Shown here piece by piece: positions 25,730-43,960 of a stretch of DNA of 64,000 nucleotides. Numbering within the stretch: position 1 is the stretch's first letter; each line of letters begins with the position of its first letter. Below the pieces are notes generated by a model that was not told the origin of the DNA, did not search any database, and saw nothing but the letters and a program-made list of their open reading frames with translations. A program made the translations under genes and the position numbers. Source of the stretch: the human T2T-CHM13v2.0 reference genome, Homo sapiens; the NCBI RefSeq assembly GCF_009914755.1, contig NC_060937.1. One strand, given 5' to 3'.

Positions 25730-27559
25730 TTAATGAAAGAAGATATTCTGAAAGCAGATATTCTGATAGCATCTTGGGTAAGATTGAAAGTAGCTTCAAA
25801 CATACTCAAGTGATTCAGTTTTCTGGTTGACAAAAGATCCTTCTTTCTTCTTCTAATGTTATTATTTGGGGATGGTAGCAGAGTAATCAGGCTAGTGCAT
25901 GTGGAGTTAAGCCAAACCTTCAGCTGTGGAAGTGCCTGGCTGTTCAGGCCTAGGGATGCAACTCAGAAACAGTGTTCCCAATATTCCTCCTTAGTTAGGT
26001 TAGTGGTATTTCTAGAAATCTCTAGGAAATAAATATCATGATTTCCTTGTACTGCCTTTGGTTGCTTTGATCAATCATTGAAAATGCAGAATGTATTAGG
26101 ATAGTTATAATGTAGGTATTCAATTTGGCTAATTATGAGAATAGAAGGCTTGAATGGGTAGAATGAAACAATGTATATTTTTCTATCAAATTTGATAGTT
26201 CAGGTAATGGTGATTTCTGAAAACTAATTTCCAAGGTGATTTGGTAAGTTATTGTTTTAATACAAAATCTGAATGCCAATTTGAACTTTAAAAAAAATAA
26301 GAGCAATTATAGACCTAAAGAAGTATCTGATTTGATTGGTCAGTATATAGAAATAACATCATCATTTTAATTAGTATTCAGTTGAATTCTAACTCATAAA
26401 TATTACATATAAGGTGCATAATTGATATGGAAGAACACATTAGAGGGTAAAAGTTAATACGAAGTAACATCTAGGTAACAAAAACCTCAAGGTAGGAGAA
26501 GAAGAAGATAAACTGCAGCCTGAATGTTAAAGTGGGCATGGAATAGGGGCCTTGATTCAGGGCTTTGTCTGAAAACAAATAAATGACTGCATGATTACCT
26601 ATATCTAATATTGCCAGTGGTATAAAGAGTATGCAGTGTAAGCATGAAAGTAATCATTAGAAACACATTTTTACTTTCAGCACTGTTGTATTTCATTGAT
26701 TCATTGAGCTAATAGCTGTAGAACACCTACATCATTAAATGTTTCCACATATTTTGCAAGTCAGTAATTAACCCAAATACTTTCTAGCTCATTGTTTTCT
26801 ATCCTACATCTACTCTAATAAGTTATAAAGCAGAAGAAGCAGGGATATGCCAACATTTATCCTGTTTTTAACTTTTTCTCCAAGGCAAGATTTACATTTT
26901 AAACATTCTTTATCTTCACTGTTTAAACCTCACCACCACAAAATAGATACTTCAAAAAATATTTTCCCACAATAACTAAAGAATCATTTAATTGAAAAGA
27001 ATTGTTGAGAATATATGATATTCTTCTCTCCAGGTATGAGCAAATAGTCTCTTTGCCTTTGTGATATTAACAATTAATTCATTAATGAAATATGCAAATA
27101 TAGTTTTATAAGTAGAATGTGACAGCATATGTGACTCTTCATAGAGATCATCTTAATTAAGAAAAACTAAAGTGGTTATGTAGGCTGTGTACAACATGCT
27201 TGGGAACTCACAAGTTTAAGATATATTAATTTCTATATTCAAATGTATTTCTCCTCATTTATGAGCATGTAGGGCCAAATAATTGTCCTTTGGTATATGC
27301 CAAATTGATGTGGGGGTACATATACTATTCCAAGTTCAAGCATGCAATTAATTACCAAACCTCCTAGTATGCTTAGAATGTCTCTGAAAATCATTTTTCT
27401 ATTCTTTTTATGACTTTTTTTCATTTGGGTATAATACGATACAATTTTGGTTGTTTCTTGTACCTCAAAGGCAGAATCTACCTCTGAGTTTTTGGTATCT
27501 GTAATAGTGCTCTTCAGGTTAAGTTTCTATAAATATTGGTAAAATAAATATAGAATAAT

Positions 27560-28698
27560 AATTTTTTAAGAATTTATTTTTTAAAGCAGTTTTAATTTCA
27601 CAGCAAAATTCAGAGGAAGGTGCAGGGATTTCCCATATGTCCTTCAGCTCCACCCCTGGATAGTCTCATTGACAAATCATCAACCAAATCAATACCATTT
27701 TCTGAAAAGACTTTTCTTCAATGTATTGCCTTTGTTGTTTGTCAAAGATCAGTTGATGATATTTACGTAGGTCTATTTCTGGGCTCTCTATTCTGTTCCA
27801 TTGACCTGTTTATCTACTCTTTTTCCAATATCACATCATCCAAAGTCCATAGTTTGCATTAGGTTTCACTCTTGGTGTAGTATATTGTATGAGTTTGGAC
27901 AAGTGTATAACAAAATGTATCCATTATTATAGTATCATACAGAGTATTTTCACTGCTCTAACAATCCCCTATGTCACACCTATTCATCACATCCTTTCCC
28001 CATTTCCTGGAAACTGCTCATCATTTTACTGTGTCTGTAGTTTTACATTTTCCAGAATGCCACATGGTTGGAATCATATGGTATGTAGTCTTTCAGACTG
28101 GATTTTTCACTTAGAAACACATTTAAATTAATTGTATATCTTTTCATGTATTAATTAATAGTTCACTTATTTTTAGCACCAAATAGTAATCCATTGTTTG
28201 GAGGTACCACAGTTTATTTATTCATTCACCTATTGAAGAGCTCTTGGTTGCTTCTAAGTTATTGACAATTACAAATAAAGCTGCTGTAAATAGCCATGTG
28301 CAGAATTTTGTGAGGACATAAGTTTTCAAATCATTAGGATAAATGCCAAGCAGTATAGTTGCTGAATCATATGCTAAGATTATGTTTAGTTTTGTTAAGA
28401 AACCACCAAACTGTCTTCTAAAGTAGCTGTAGCATTTTGCATTGCCACCAACAATAAATGAGAGGTCCTGTTGCTCCGCATCCTCACCAGCATTTGGAGG
28501 TGTCAGTGTTCTGAATTATGGCCATTCTAATAGACTTGTAGTGGTGTATTATTGCTGTTTTACTTTGCATTTCCCTAATGAAATATGATAAATATTACGT
28601 ACAGTATCTTTTCACATGCTTTTTTTGCCATCTGTGTATCTTCTTTGGTGAGGTGACAGTTAAGGTCTTTAGTCCATTCTTAATTGGGTTGTTTGTTT
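27560..28698 (-). mobile_element. L1MC1-like LINE, 3' part
   Basis: agcagttttaatttcacagcaaaatt...caaagtccatagtttgcattaggtttcactcttggtgt matches the recalled L1MC1 3' UTR. Confidence 0.8.
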
Positions 28699-28925
28699 CT
28701 TTTTAATTTTTTAATGATATTTTAAGTTCTGGGATACATGTGCAGAATGTGCAGGTTTGTTACATAGGTATAAACGTGACACGGTGGTTGGCTGCATCCA
28801 GCAACCCAACATCTACATTAGGTATTTCTCCTAAAGCTACCCCTCCCCTAGGACCCCACCCCCTGACAGGCCCCACTGTGTGATGTTCCCCTCCCTGTAC
28901 CCACGTGTCCAAGTGTTCTCATTGT

Positions 28926-32743
<3,818 letters not shown>

Positions 32744-32806
32744 TATGATTCTAGCTGATTATTTTGCCTGTTTGTTGATTCAGTTTCTTCATAGTGTCAA
32801 TGGCCT

Positions 32807-33809
32807 TTACAATTTGGTTTGTTGTTGCTGGTACTGATTTTTCCTTTCCATGTTTAGTGCTTCCTTCAGGAGCTCTTGTAAGGCAGGCCTGGTGGTGACA
32901 AAAATCTCTCAGCATTTCCTTGTCTGTAAAGGATTTTATTTCTCCTTCACTTATGAAGCTTAGTTTGGCTGGATATGAAATTCTGGGTTGAAAATTCTTC
33001 TCTTTAAGAATGTTGAATATTGGCCCCATCTCCCTTCTGGCTTGTAGGTTTCTGCCAAGAGATCTGCTGTTAGTCTTATGGGCTTCCCTTTGTGGGTAAC
33101 CCAACCTTTCTTAGTATTTTTTTCCTTCATTTCAACCTTGGTGAATCTGATGATTATGTGTCTTGGGGTTGCTCTTCTTGAGGAGTATCTTTGTGAGGTT
33201 CTGTGTATTTTCCGAATTTGAATGTTGATCTTGCTAGGTTGGGGAAGTTCTCCTGGATAATATCCTGAAGAGTGTTTTCCAACTTGTTTCCATTCTGCCC
33301 ATCACTGTCAGGTACACTAATCAAATGTAGGTTTGGTCTTTTCACATAGTCCCATATTTCTTGGAGGCTTTGTTTATTCCTTTTCATTCTTTTTTCTCTA
33401 ATCTTGTTTTCTCACTTTATTTAATTAAGATCTTCAATCTCTGATATCCTTTCTTTCACTTGATTGATTTGGCTATTGGCTATTGATACTTGTGTATGCT
33501 TCACAAAGTTCTCATGCTGTGTTTTTCAGCTCCATCAGGTCATTTATGTTCTTCTCTAAACTGGTAATTCTAGTTAGCAATTCATCTAACCTTTTTTCAA
33601 GGTTATTATCTTCCTTGCATTGTGTTAGAACATGCTCCTTTAGCTTGGAGTTTGTTATTACCCACCTTCTGAAGCCTACTTCTGTCCATTTGTCAAACTC
33701 ATTCTCTGTCTAGTTTTGTTCTCTTGCTGATGAGGATGTGTTCCTTTGGAGGAGAAGAGGTGTTCTGGTTTCTGCAATTTTCAGCCTTTTTGCGCTGGTT
33801 TCTCCCTAT
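32807..33809 (-). pseudogene. Disrupted L1 ORF1
   Basis: Fragments QSLQEIWDYVKRPNL and NFQPRISYPAKLSF; start codon appears mutated to ATA near 33809. Confidence 0.88.
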
Positions 33810-34433
33810 CTTCATGGATTTATCTACCTTTGGTCTTTGATGTTGGTGATCTTCGGATTGGGTCTCTGAGTGGATGTCCTTTTTGTTGCTGTTGACACTA
33901 TTCCTTTCTGTTTGTTAGTTTTCCTTCTAACAGTCAGGCCCCTCTGCTGCCGGTCTGCTGGAGTTTTATGGAGGTCCACTCCAGACACTGTTTGCCTGGG
34001 TGTCACCATTGGAGGCTGCAGAACAGCAAAGATTGCTGCCTGTTCCTTTTTCTGGAGGCTTCCTCCCAGAGGGGCACCCACCAGATGCCAACCGGAGCTC
34101 TCTTGTATGAGGTGTCTGTGGACCCCTGCTGGGAGGTGTCTCCCAATCAAGAGGCATGAAGGTCAGGGACCCACTTAAGGAGGCAGTCCGTCCCTTAGCA
34201 AAGCTCAAGCGCTGTGCTGGGAGATCTGCAGCTCTTTTCAGAGTTGGCAGGCAGGAACATTCAAGTCTGCTGAAGCTTTGCCCACTGCCGCCCCTTTCAA
34301 CAGGTGCTCTGTCCCAGGGAGATGGGAGTTTTATCTATAAGCCCCTGACTGGGCCTGTTGTGTTTCTTTCAGAAATGCCCTGCCCAGAGAGGAGGAATCT
34401 AGAGAAGCAGTCTCGCTACCAGGTTGTTTGTTT

Positions 34434-35163
34434 TCACATTGTTGAGTTGTAAGTGTTCTTGGTATATTTTAGATAATAGTTATTTATCAGATATGTATTT
34501 TGCAAATATTTTCTTCCAGTTTATGAATTTTTTTAATTCTCTTGACAGTGTCTTTTTAAGAGGAAGATTTTTTAATTTTAATAAAGTTCGTGATATTAAT
34601 TCTTTGTTTCATGTATTGTCCCTTCAAGATTGTGTCTAAAAAGTCTTCACCAAATCTTAGGCATCTAGATTTTCTCCTATGGTTATGAGTCTTAAAGTTT
34701 TGTTTTTTTACATTTAAGTCTGTGATCCATCTTGAGGTTTTATTTGTGACTATTATAAGGCCTGTGTCTATATTTGTGTATTTACTAATTTTTTTGCACA
34801 TAGATATCCAGTTGATCAGTACCATTTTATGAAAAGACTATATTTTCTTCATTGTATTCCCTTTGTTGTTTGTCAAAGATAAGTTGATGATATTTACATA
34901 GGTCTATACCTGGGCTCTCTATTCTGCTCCATTGACCTGTTTATCTATTCTTATTCCAATATTACATTGCCCTATTACTGCAGCTTTATAGGAAGGCTGG
35001 AAGTTGGGCAACATCAGTTCTTCAACTTTGTTCTTCTACAATACTTAGTTGGCTATCCTGAGGTTTTTGCCCCTCCATGTAAATTTTTGAATCAATTTTT
35101 TTGATATCTACAAAATATGTTATTGGGATTTTGATTGAGATTGCATTCATCCACAGATAAGTT
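34434..35163 (-). mobile_element. L1MC1-like LINE, continuation (ORF2 C-terminal region)
   Basis: Old L1 antisense sequence resumes exactly after the L1PA TSD. Confidence 0.8.
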
Positions 35164-35834
35164 AAAATAGAATGATAATTTAAAGCCTGTAAAATTGTTT
35201 CATAAGACCATGGACAACCTCTAATTAAGTATTTTGTGGTATGAAAACTTATTTTCTTATTTATAAAATATATAGCTACATCAAAAGCAATAGCTATGTC
35301 AATGTATATATCTTGTTAGTATGTAAATGAAGAGAAACTGCACCATTAATTTGAACTTCCCACAGTAGAGCATTTCTCAATTCTAGACCCCAAATTAGTG
35401 AAAAAGTATTGTCACCAATTAGTAAACAATGTTTTTGTCTTCGGTTCTAAAAAATATACCATTTATGTCACATTTAAAGGCTGTTCATACAATTGCTTTA
35501 TTTGAAATCTGATAAGGGAAAAAATAAACAAGTGTCTTCTTTCCATTGGTGACAATATTCTAGGATAACCTAATATTTTACTTGATGAGGATGATTTACA
35601 GTGTATAGAAGTAGGCTAATCTACATGAAAGAAATGACACAATTAAACAAATACAACAATTCCTTTTACAATCCTGATAAGGCATTTATTTAGGCAAGCA
35701 TATTTAATGGTTTTAAAACATTAGATGAGAGTGGTTGATAAGAAACCGAATGGTCATTTAATGCCAAAATATCATTACACATTATACTTTCTACTTGCAA
35801 ATAACTTTAAAGTAGAAGAAGCAAAATATAATCA

Positions 35835-36085
35835 TGCCAATTCAATGGCCAATCTTAGCACCTAGAATATGAGTCTATTAGTTATTATGTCTTCTAATGT
35901 GGTGCATCATAAAGTGCATATCACCTATGTTGGATTCTAGCCAAAATTGTTTAAATGGAATCCATCAGCCCTTTAGAAATATAATAACTTCCAGGTGACA
36001 AGGAAAAGGGAGTAGCAAAGTACAACAACCTAAATTAAACCACCAATAATCACCAGAAGATTTGAAAGATGATCATTCTGCATAA
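35835..36085 (+). mobile_element. Ancient L1ME-type 3' UTR fragment
   Basis: tcttctaatgtggtgca...catatcacctatg...ccaaaattgtttaaatggaatc pattern. Confidence 0.4.
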
Positions 36086-36886
36086 GTGCATGTAAGCCTT
36101 ACAATCATCAGTATGATTTAGGTTGGGGGGTGGGAGGGAGGGGAGAACATGGGAGGGGAGGGAAAGGGAGAATGGAAACAGATTGGAAGACTAAAACGAG
36201 ACAAGAGATTTTAAAGAAGAGTTACACATTTTTTAAATTTGCTGGTTTGTATTTTCTAATTGACACAATTGCATATAATGCTTCTGTCATATGAAGTTTA
36301 GTTTTTCCTATTAAATACAAGTTTTACAATTTCTTTTTACAGTTTACTGAACATCCACAAATATTTCCACTTATGTAAATACTCAAAGTTAAGTGGTTTA
36401 ATGTACTGTTCATTAGCCTTTTTGTTACACTTTTCTTCCCACTGCTATAACACAAACCAAGTTTAGAGTATCATTTTATTAGATTATCATCATACACTTA
36501 AATTTCCCCATCTGGAAGTATCAACATTACCACAGGGTCCATCCATTATATTTATTAGCATTTGCCTTTTTAAAGGATTTTTTCAGTTATTCATATATTT
36601 CCTATGTATTAAAACGAATGTTTTCAGGTTAAATTTAACTATATGTTTTTTCTTTTAAATATATTTCAGAAATCATCAAAAAAGGAAAACAAGTTTAAGG
36701 CAAGGTAGTGAGCATTGCCTAGAGGTTTTTATCTAATAGGGTACATGAGTTGTACTATCCTTTATCCTCACAAAGTAGAACAAAGCTAATTAAATACCAG
36801 TTTTCACTGTGTAGAAAATACATTTGAAGCTTCTTAAGTCACAGCTGTTTTTTCCCTCTCTGAGAAAGACAAATAAATAAACAAGC

Positions 36887-36919
<33 letters not shown>

Positions 36920-36945
36920 TATGGATGTGTGTGGAGAGAGAGAGA
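36887..36945. repeat. (GT)n-(GA)n compound microsatellite
   Basis: Read directly. Confidence 0.9.
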
Positions 36946-38940
36946 CTAGCTGCTTCTGAACATGTCTGCAACATAACTATCAGATTGCCTTGTCTGTTAC
37001 TGTTATTCCAAGAATAGAGATTAAACAAGCATTGGGACCAAGCAAATCAGATTCTCTACCCAGTCTTTGAGACAGGTGGAAAAAAGTAATCGGTAATATT
37101 GAGCTCACTGGAAATGAGTCACCTCACATGTCAGAGATCCATAAAAGGGCTCCAGGGCCCTTACTGCTGAGCTACCAGAGAGTTGATCCTTATTAGCTAC
37201 CTCCTAAATTTTAATGTACATCCCCTTCCTCTTGTGTGATTTGTTCCAGTAATGTTTCAAATATCCCAATCTAAAAAAAAAAAAAATGTTAGATGTGTTT
37301 TTTATTGCTTATAGCCAAAAACACTTAACTAATACAAACTGTGTACACCAGTTTTGGTGTTTGCATTAGTTGCATACTTTCTCCTCTCAAAAAGAAGAAG
37401 GAATGTAATTATTGGGACGTTATTCGTCACTCTGTATTGATTCAGCTCACCACAATTTTAGACACTGAAAATCTAATCCAAATGTCATGGAAATCAATGG
37501 CATTTATGTCATTTGTTGTAGTAATTTAACTGTGAAAAATTTTATTGCTTAAAAAAGTATTTTTTTGCTATTTTTACAAAGACTGTAATTTCTTAAAATA
37601 CTCTCTCCCTTATATTTTAAGAGTCTTGTCCTGAATCTCTGAAGGATGAATTACACGGTGACACATTTCAGTGGTATGAGTCAGGGAGAGGGAATATTTC
37701 TGAAATTTTACCAGTTGACTTGCAGATCACAAAGAATTCCAGTATGTCTTAAAGGAGTTAAGAGTACATTATAAAGTTATTTTTTACAGCCTTATTAAAT
37801 ACTATTCTATCCTAAATTATTGCTTAGGTTTTTATAGTTGCTTCTGAGAAGATGGTGTGACAGGCTGAAAACAATGGACAACATTCTGGTATTTCAAGAG
37901 TGTGGTTTAATTTAATATTTTTTTATAAAATAAATTATAAATGTTTTTAATGATAATAGGCTTCTGAGTAATACATATTTCTAAACATATTATATAAAGA
38001 TCATAGGCACCTAAATAAAGAAATATTAGATTCAAATTTATCAATTTCATTTTTCAAATCAAGTTTGTTTGAAAGTTAACTTTATATTGAATAAATTCAG
38101 TAAACATAAAATATTAAACATATTTTTCTGTGTGCATGTGTATAACATATATTATCTATCATACATGTATTATATATTAAATGTATTACACTATATATAC
38201 ATATGTATTTATGTATGTGTATATATGATGCACATACTTGATAGATAAAATGCAATCAAAATCTCCCATGATTTAAGAAATAATAGACCCTAAGAGTTGA
38301 TGTGTAATTAGGTTCTTTTTTTGTTCAGCTATTAGTCAACTATAATTAGTTAGAAAAATAATTGAAACAGCTTAATATATCATATTTATAAATGTCCAGG
38401 AAATAATTCTTAAGAAAGATGAACTTTAAATTTAAAAACAATCCTTTGAGGATATAGTCCAATATAATATTTTCATTTTTGTCAAATAAATATTGAATAC
38501 ACCTCATATTATAGTGAAACTTATTCTTGATTACATCTTGTGGCACCAGGATAAACACCAACACTTAAACCCATTAATTGATTTCAGTGAAAATTGCAGA
38601 TTCTGTGTTTAATTGTCTATGGTGTTGCCTTTGAACAATATATATTGTATGGTTTTTGAATTGGTATTACTATACCAATACTATACTCAAAGGCAAATCC
38701 ACCACTGATACTTTCATTAAGTGATAAATAGAAGGGATATATGAGTGTGTAAAATATATATATATGGATATATACACACACATACATATCCATATGGTAT
38801 ATCTACATACATATACATATGTAATTTAATATTACAAAAGTTGAAAAAGATTTTTATTAGAAACAAAATAAATGATCTATTTTATTTTGAATTAGGCTAA
38901 GTTTTATTTATGGCTCCTTTTGCCTAAAAGGAAATTAACC

Positions 38941-40098
38941 TATTTTCAAAGCAAAAATTGCACTGGGCAAAGTTTAACAGGCAAGCAAGTCTTTATCCAT
39001 GGCTATTTTAACATGAGAGAAAGATCGGAACTAAGTCTGAGCTCAACTTCATTGAAACAAAGGGAGAAGAGTTTTTAAATGCTGGGGTCAGCTGTGGCAA
39101 AGTACTGGAGGATGTTTGTGAAGAGTCTGATCAATGGCATGTATCTAGCACACCGAGTAATCACTGAGTTTGCATTTTTTTCTCTATAATTAGGCCACCT
39201 GTATTTGCTAATTGGCACCCACAGAAATTAGGCTCCTACCCTCCTACAAAGACCTGGAGATAGGGGCACTGTTTTTTTGGATGATTACATTTCAAAGGGA
39301 TGTCCCTCCAGTCACTGAAAAAGCATTCCTGGGTCTGCTGGTTAGCAATCTTATCACTGAGTATATACCCAAAGAAATATAAACGGTTCTATTATAAAGA
39401 AATATGTACACATATGTTTATTGCAACACTATTCACAGTAGCAAGGATGTGAAATCTACCCAAATTCCCATCAATAATAAACTAGATAAAGAAAATGTGG
39501 TACATGTACACCAAGGAATACTATGCAGCCATAAAAAGAATGGGAGTCCTATGCAGGGACATGGATGGATCTGGAGATCATTATCCTTAGCAAAAGCAAA
39601 AACAGAAAACCAAGAAACCAGAAAGTGCAGAAACAGAAAACCAACTACCACATGTTCTCACTTATAAGAGGGAGCTAAATGATGAGAACACATGGACACA
39701 TAGATGAGAGCAACACTCATTGGGGCCTGTTGTGGGGTGGAGGGCGAGAGGAGAGAGAGAAGCAGGAAAAATAACTAATGGATACTAGGCTCAATACCTA
39801 GGTGATGAAATAATCTGTACAACAAACCCCCATGACACACATTTACCTGTGTAACAAACCTGTATATTCTAAACATGTACCCTTGAATTTAAAATAAAAG
39901 AAAAAAAGAAAGCACTCCTGGTTTTTAAAACTGGTAATATAAAGATTTACATTTTCTAGGGGCAGTGAAAGAATTTACAGTTACAAATTTTCTAAAGAAA
40001 ATGCTTTATGAAAAGAGAGATCAGGAGCCTAGCGTCAGCAAAAATTATGTCTGAAGTTTAATCAAGCTGAAGAGAACTTTATAAGTCCATCTTGGTCA
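38941..40098 (-). mobile_element. MER67-family ERV1 LTR interrupted by an L1
   Basis: gattacatttcaaagggatg...cattcctgg, resuming aaaactgg...gaatttacag...aatcaagctga...catcttggtca. Confidence 0.75.
39335..39908 (+). mobile_element. 5'-truncated L1PA15/16-like 3' end
   Basis: caggaaaaataactaatggatactaggctcaatacctaggtgatgaaataatctgtacaacaaaccccc; A tail; TSD aaagcattcctgg (39320-39332) / aaagcactcctgg (39909-39921). Confidence 0.88.
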
Positions 40099-40689
40099 AT
40101 CTCTTAGGGAATCCCAGAATGAAGTTTGAATTCCATAAGCCTTTTATTTTACATCAGAGACTCAGTTTGATCCAAAATTTTAATATGCAAACAGTTATTA
40201 TCCAGGCATAGAGTCTTACTTAATGCAAAATTTTATTAGGCTTAACCATAAAGTACAGAATAATGAACATATTTTCTGATTCAATGAGTGTGTTTATTGA
40301 GTATCTAGCATGAGATTAACAATGATGGTTCTCCCTTGCTCCAAATGGGTGCCCAATATAGCTAAAACATGAGGAGCATACACATAATTTGGGTTGTGTT
40401 TGGGAAAAAAATGATCTTCTGAGATTAAAAAAAATCTATTATTTCTAAACTTTTCTATTAGAAATGAAGTCTCTTGACTATAGACAGAAAGGTGTAGATA
40501 CTGTATATATAACTAGCACTGAGTCCTTTTTTTACATTAGCATTTAGCACAAGGTTTAGGGGACTCTGATAGTCTGTGTCACAATGTGTCCATGATGAAG
40601 AGTAGCATATATCCAACATACTAGTAATTATCAAGAGCTGGTCAATATCCTTGCCTAATTCCATATAACACTCACCAAATGTGAAATTA

Positions 40690-40830
40690 AGGTTGTCATT
40701 GTCATTTAACAATTGAGGAAATTAAAGTTCTGAATGCTGTAGTTTCTTCTATTTCCAAGGTCACACAGCTTATAACAGAGCTAAGATGCAAGACTTGTTT
40801 AAACCCTAAATCTGTACTTTTTGCACCACA
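40690..40830 (-). mobile_element. MIR fragment
   Basis: catttaacaattgaggaaattaaagttc...ccaaggtcacacagct. Confidence 0.6.
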
Positions 40831-43702
40831 TAAAAATTTCTCCAATGATCAGTTCATTCATGAAAAGTAATGTTTATTCACTTTGTTGCTTTACCATTGA
40901 AATCAACTCAGATGAATGGCTGCACATAGCTGACAAGAATATACAGAGCTTTAGATGTTATTCTTTCTAACCTGTCAAGTAGATACTATATTTCTTTACC
41001 CTGAGGTAGCTTAAGAAGTAGTGCCTTAAACAGAACTGCTTAGAAAACCAAGGCCTGATACACAGTTATTGTGCTCAAATTCCTAAATAACTTACAAGTC
41101 CTTTGTATCCGGAGCACCATACCATCATGTGTATCACAATCACTGAAATTCCTTTCTTTGGTTCAATAACTTACTCTCTTATTTGCTCTGTTATTGAACC
41201 AAACACACAAAAGGAATTGAACAAGATTATTTATCAAATTTAAAACCATAATATAGAGAAACTCATCTCAACTGTGCCCAGTCATTGTGCATTTAGCGTT
41301 TGATAAACTGTGATAGTGTTCTAGCATCTAACCCACGAATCACAGAATGCTTTGCTACGAATATTAGATCTGTGAGTATATAAATAGAAGTTACACGCTA
41401 TTCTCATCTGAGAATGCTATCAGATATGAGACTCTCTTAAATATGGTACAATGATACAAAATTTAAGTTCAAGTTTTACTTTTACAAAGGACAAAGTTTA
41501 ACTATACTAATCATGTAAAGTTCTCTGCCATTTAATACTTCAGCCAATAATTAGTGTTTAACAAATTAGATATTATAACCATTTATGTCAATAAAAATAT
41601 CAATTATGATATTATAGATTCTGGAACACATTTCAAAAGTTGCTAGATATACCTAATTAAAGTTTGTATTTTTAAACAAAATTGTCATGTGCAGTTCAAG
41701 ATAATGCGAAAGCAAATCTTTACAAGTCAATTTTAGACAAATATTTTAGTAAGCCTGAGAGTTGAAGTTATGTGACAATTTGTGCAATGGAGTGACTGCA
41801 GGCATGAAGTAATTTGTGAAAGTATGCAGTACATTGATTATGAAAAACTATATATAGACCATATTGTGGTCATTACACAGAAACTCCACTTAGAATCTCT
41901 CAACAATTTTGAAGTAAAATTGATACAGGCTGAGAGTTAAACTTAAATCAGAGTATAGATCAGAGATTAAATCCACATTCATTTTAATATGACCAGTTAA
42001 TTTTCAAACACCCATTGGCAATCCACTATGCAAAGAAAGAAGGTGAAGAGTAGGTTGTTCAATTTCTAGTAAACCATTTATGTTAATAGGAGGCAATTTT
42101 AAAATCCTGCAGAAAATAGTAAATTAATAGATACTCTTTTAAAAACATTAACAGGTAATCAAAACAGTATTAAAAACTATTTATTTTTTCCCCAAAAGTT
42201 CTAGATTATTTGTTTTGCAAAGAAAGAAATTATTAGGACTTCAGAAATGAAGAAATGTAAACAGGACAAAAGTATCTTAATCAAATCTAGTACCAAGATT
42301 TACATGTGTGTTGAGTAGTGATTATCTGAACATAAAGGAGCTTTGTTTCTGTTCTAATTGACATAATTGATAAACCTACTCAAATGTTCGCTGGTGATAA
42401 GAGCTGTGGATTATCTAATCTCCAAAAATAAACAGCAACCATAAGATGTGAAGCTTTTCTATTTACATCCACAATTTTCTAATCTAAATATTGACTTTTA
42501 ACCTTATGATACCTGCTTTATAAATCTACATTTGCCTTTCTAATATTGCAATCTCTCTCTCTTTTATTATTGTTATAAATAAGTAAAACCTAATCAATAA
42601 CAGTGATATCACAACAAAACAAAATGAGATCTGTCCTCATCTCTGCCCTCTTTGCTCTTCAAATTTTAAAACTCCCAATACATATGTTCAGGTACTGTCT
42701 ATTCTGAGATGAAAGACTGCCTCTGTTAGTCTCTACAAGTGACCATTTTGCTTCAATTACAATTTTTAAAACTGTCAGTACAAAAGCCTTATGATATCTA
42801 AAATAAGCTACTTTTAAACTTCAAATATATGTAAGTTTGAAATGGTCAGTTTTAAAAATACTAAAATTAACATCAAAAAGCTTTTGATAATGACAATACA
42901 TTTGTCTAAAATTCATAATGTTATTTGCATCTTCTAGGCTTATTTCTTCTTGTATATGCTATTTTCTATATTTAATTCAAATGCTTTTATTAAGAAAGCA
43001 CTGTTACAAAATCTGAATTGCTAATTGGATCTCTTTATAGAAAAAAACTCTTAATCTTTCCCCAATAGAATAAAACAATTATATTAAAATTTATATTTGT
43101 ATTTATTAAATTTATGTTAAATAAATATAGATGAACAAATATATATTTTTATTTTAAAAAGAGATATGGTTGATGTCCTTATATAGATTATTGGAATAAA
43201 AACTTATTATTTCCTGAGATGTTAAAACAATTATATCAACTCAAAATCTTTTTTGCATAGTTTTATCTTAGTAATACTTCAATATTTAATATTTTAATGT
43301 AGATTTTCCTTGTTGATTAAAAGATTATTTCCTTTAAACTTACCCAACACAGAAATTCAAACAAAATATCCTTTTAAAGACTCCACATACTTCAATAATT
43401 TATTCATTAATTATGATCAAATTTAGTAAATACTTTACAATCTCTTACACAGTAGATCTTGGGATTTGGTAATAGAGTCATAATAAATAAGAAATGGACA
43501 GAACCTACAGGAAACTCATACTCTAGTATTTGCATTAAAGTGTGAATACATTATTTGTTTTCCAACAGTATAAAAATGGAACAGTAAAGAAAATGAATAG
43601 TATCGTGTTGCACATAAAAATAGTGATTGACTTTCTCAGGGAGAAAACAGATTACAAGAAACAAGGACCTCTCCTGGATTTTGAAATGGGCTCAATAATA
43701 CA

Positions 43703-43960
43703 GGAGCCAGACTGGGCAATATAGCGAGACCTCATCTCTACTAAAAATTTAAAAACAAAATTAAAAAAATTAGCCAGGTGTGGTGGTGCCAGGTGGTAGT
43801 CCCAGCTGCTCAGGAGGCTGAGGTGAGAGGATAATTAAAGACTAGGAGATAGAAGCTGCAGTAAACTACAATTGCCATTGCACTTTAGACTGGACAACAG
43901 AACAAGGCCGTATTAAAAAAACAAACAAACAAAAAACAACAACAACCAAAAAATAAAACA
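43703..43960 (+). mobile_element. 5'-truncated AluJ
   Basis: ccagactgggcaatatagcgagacctcatctctac, diverged right arm, (AAAC)n tail. Confidence 0.85.
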
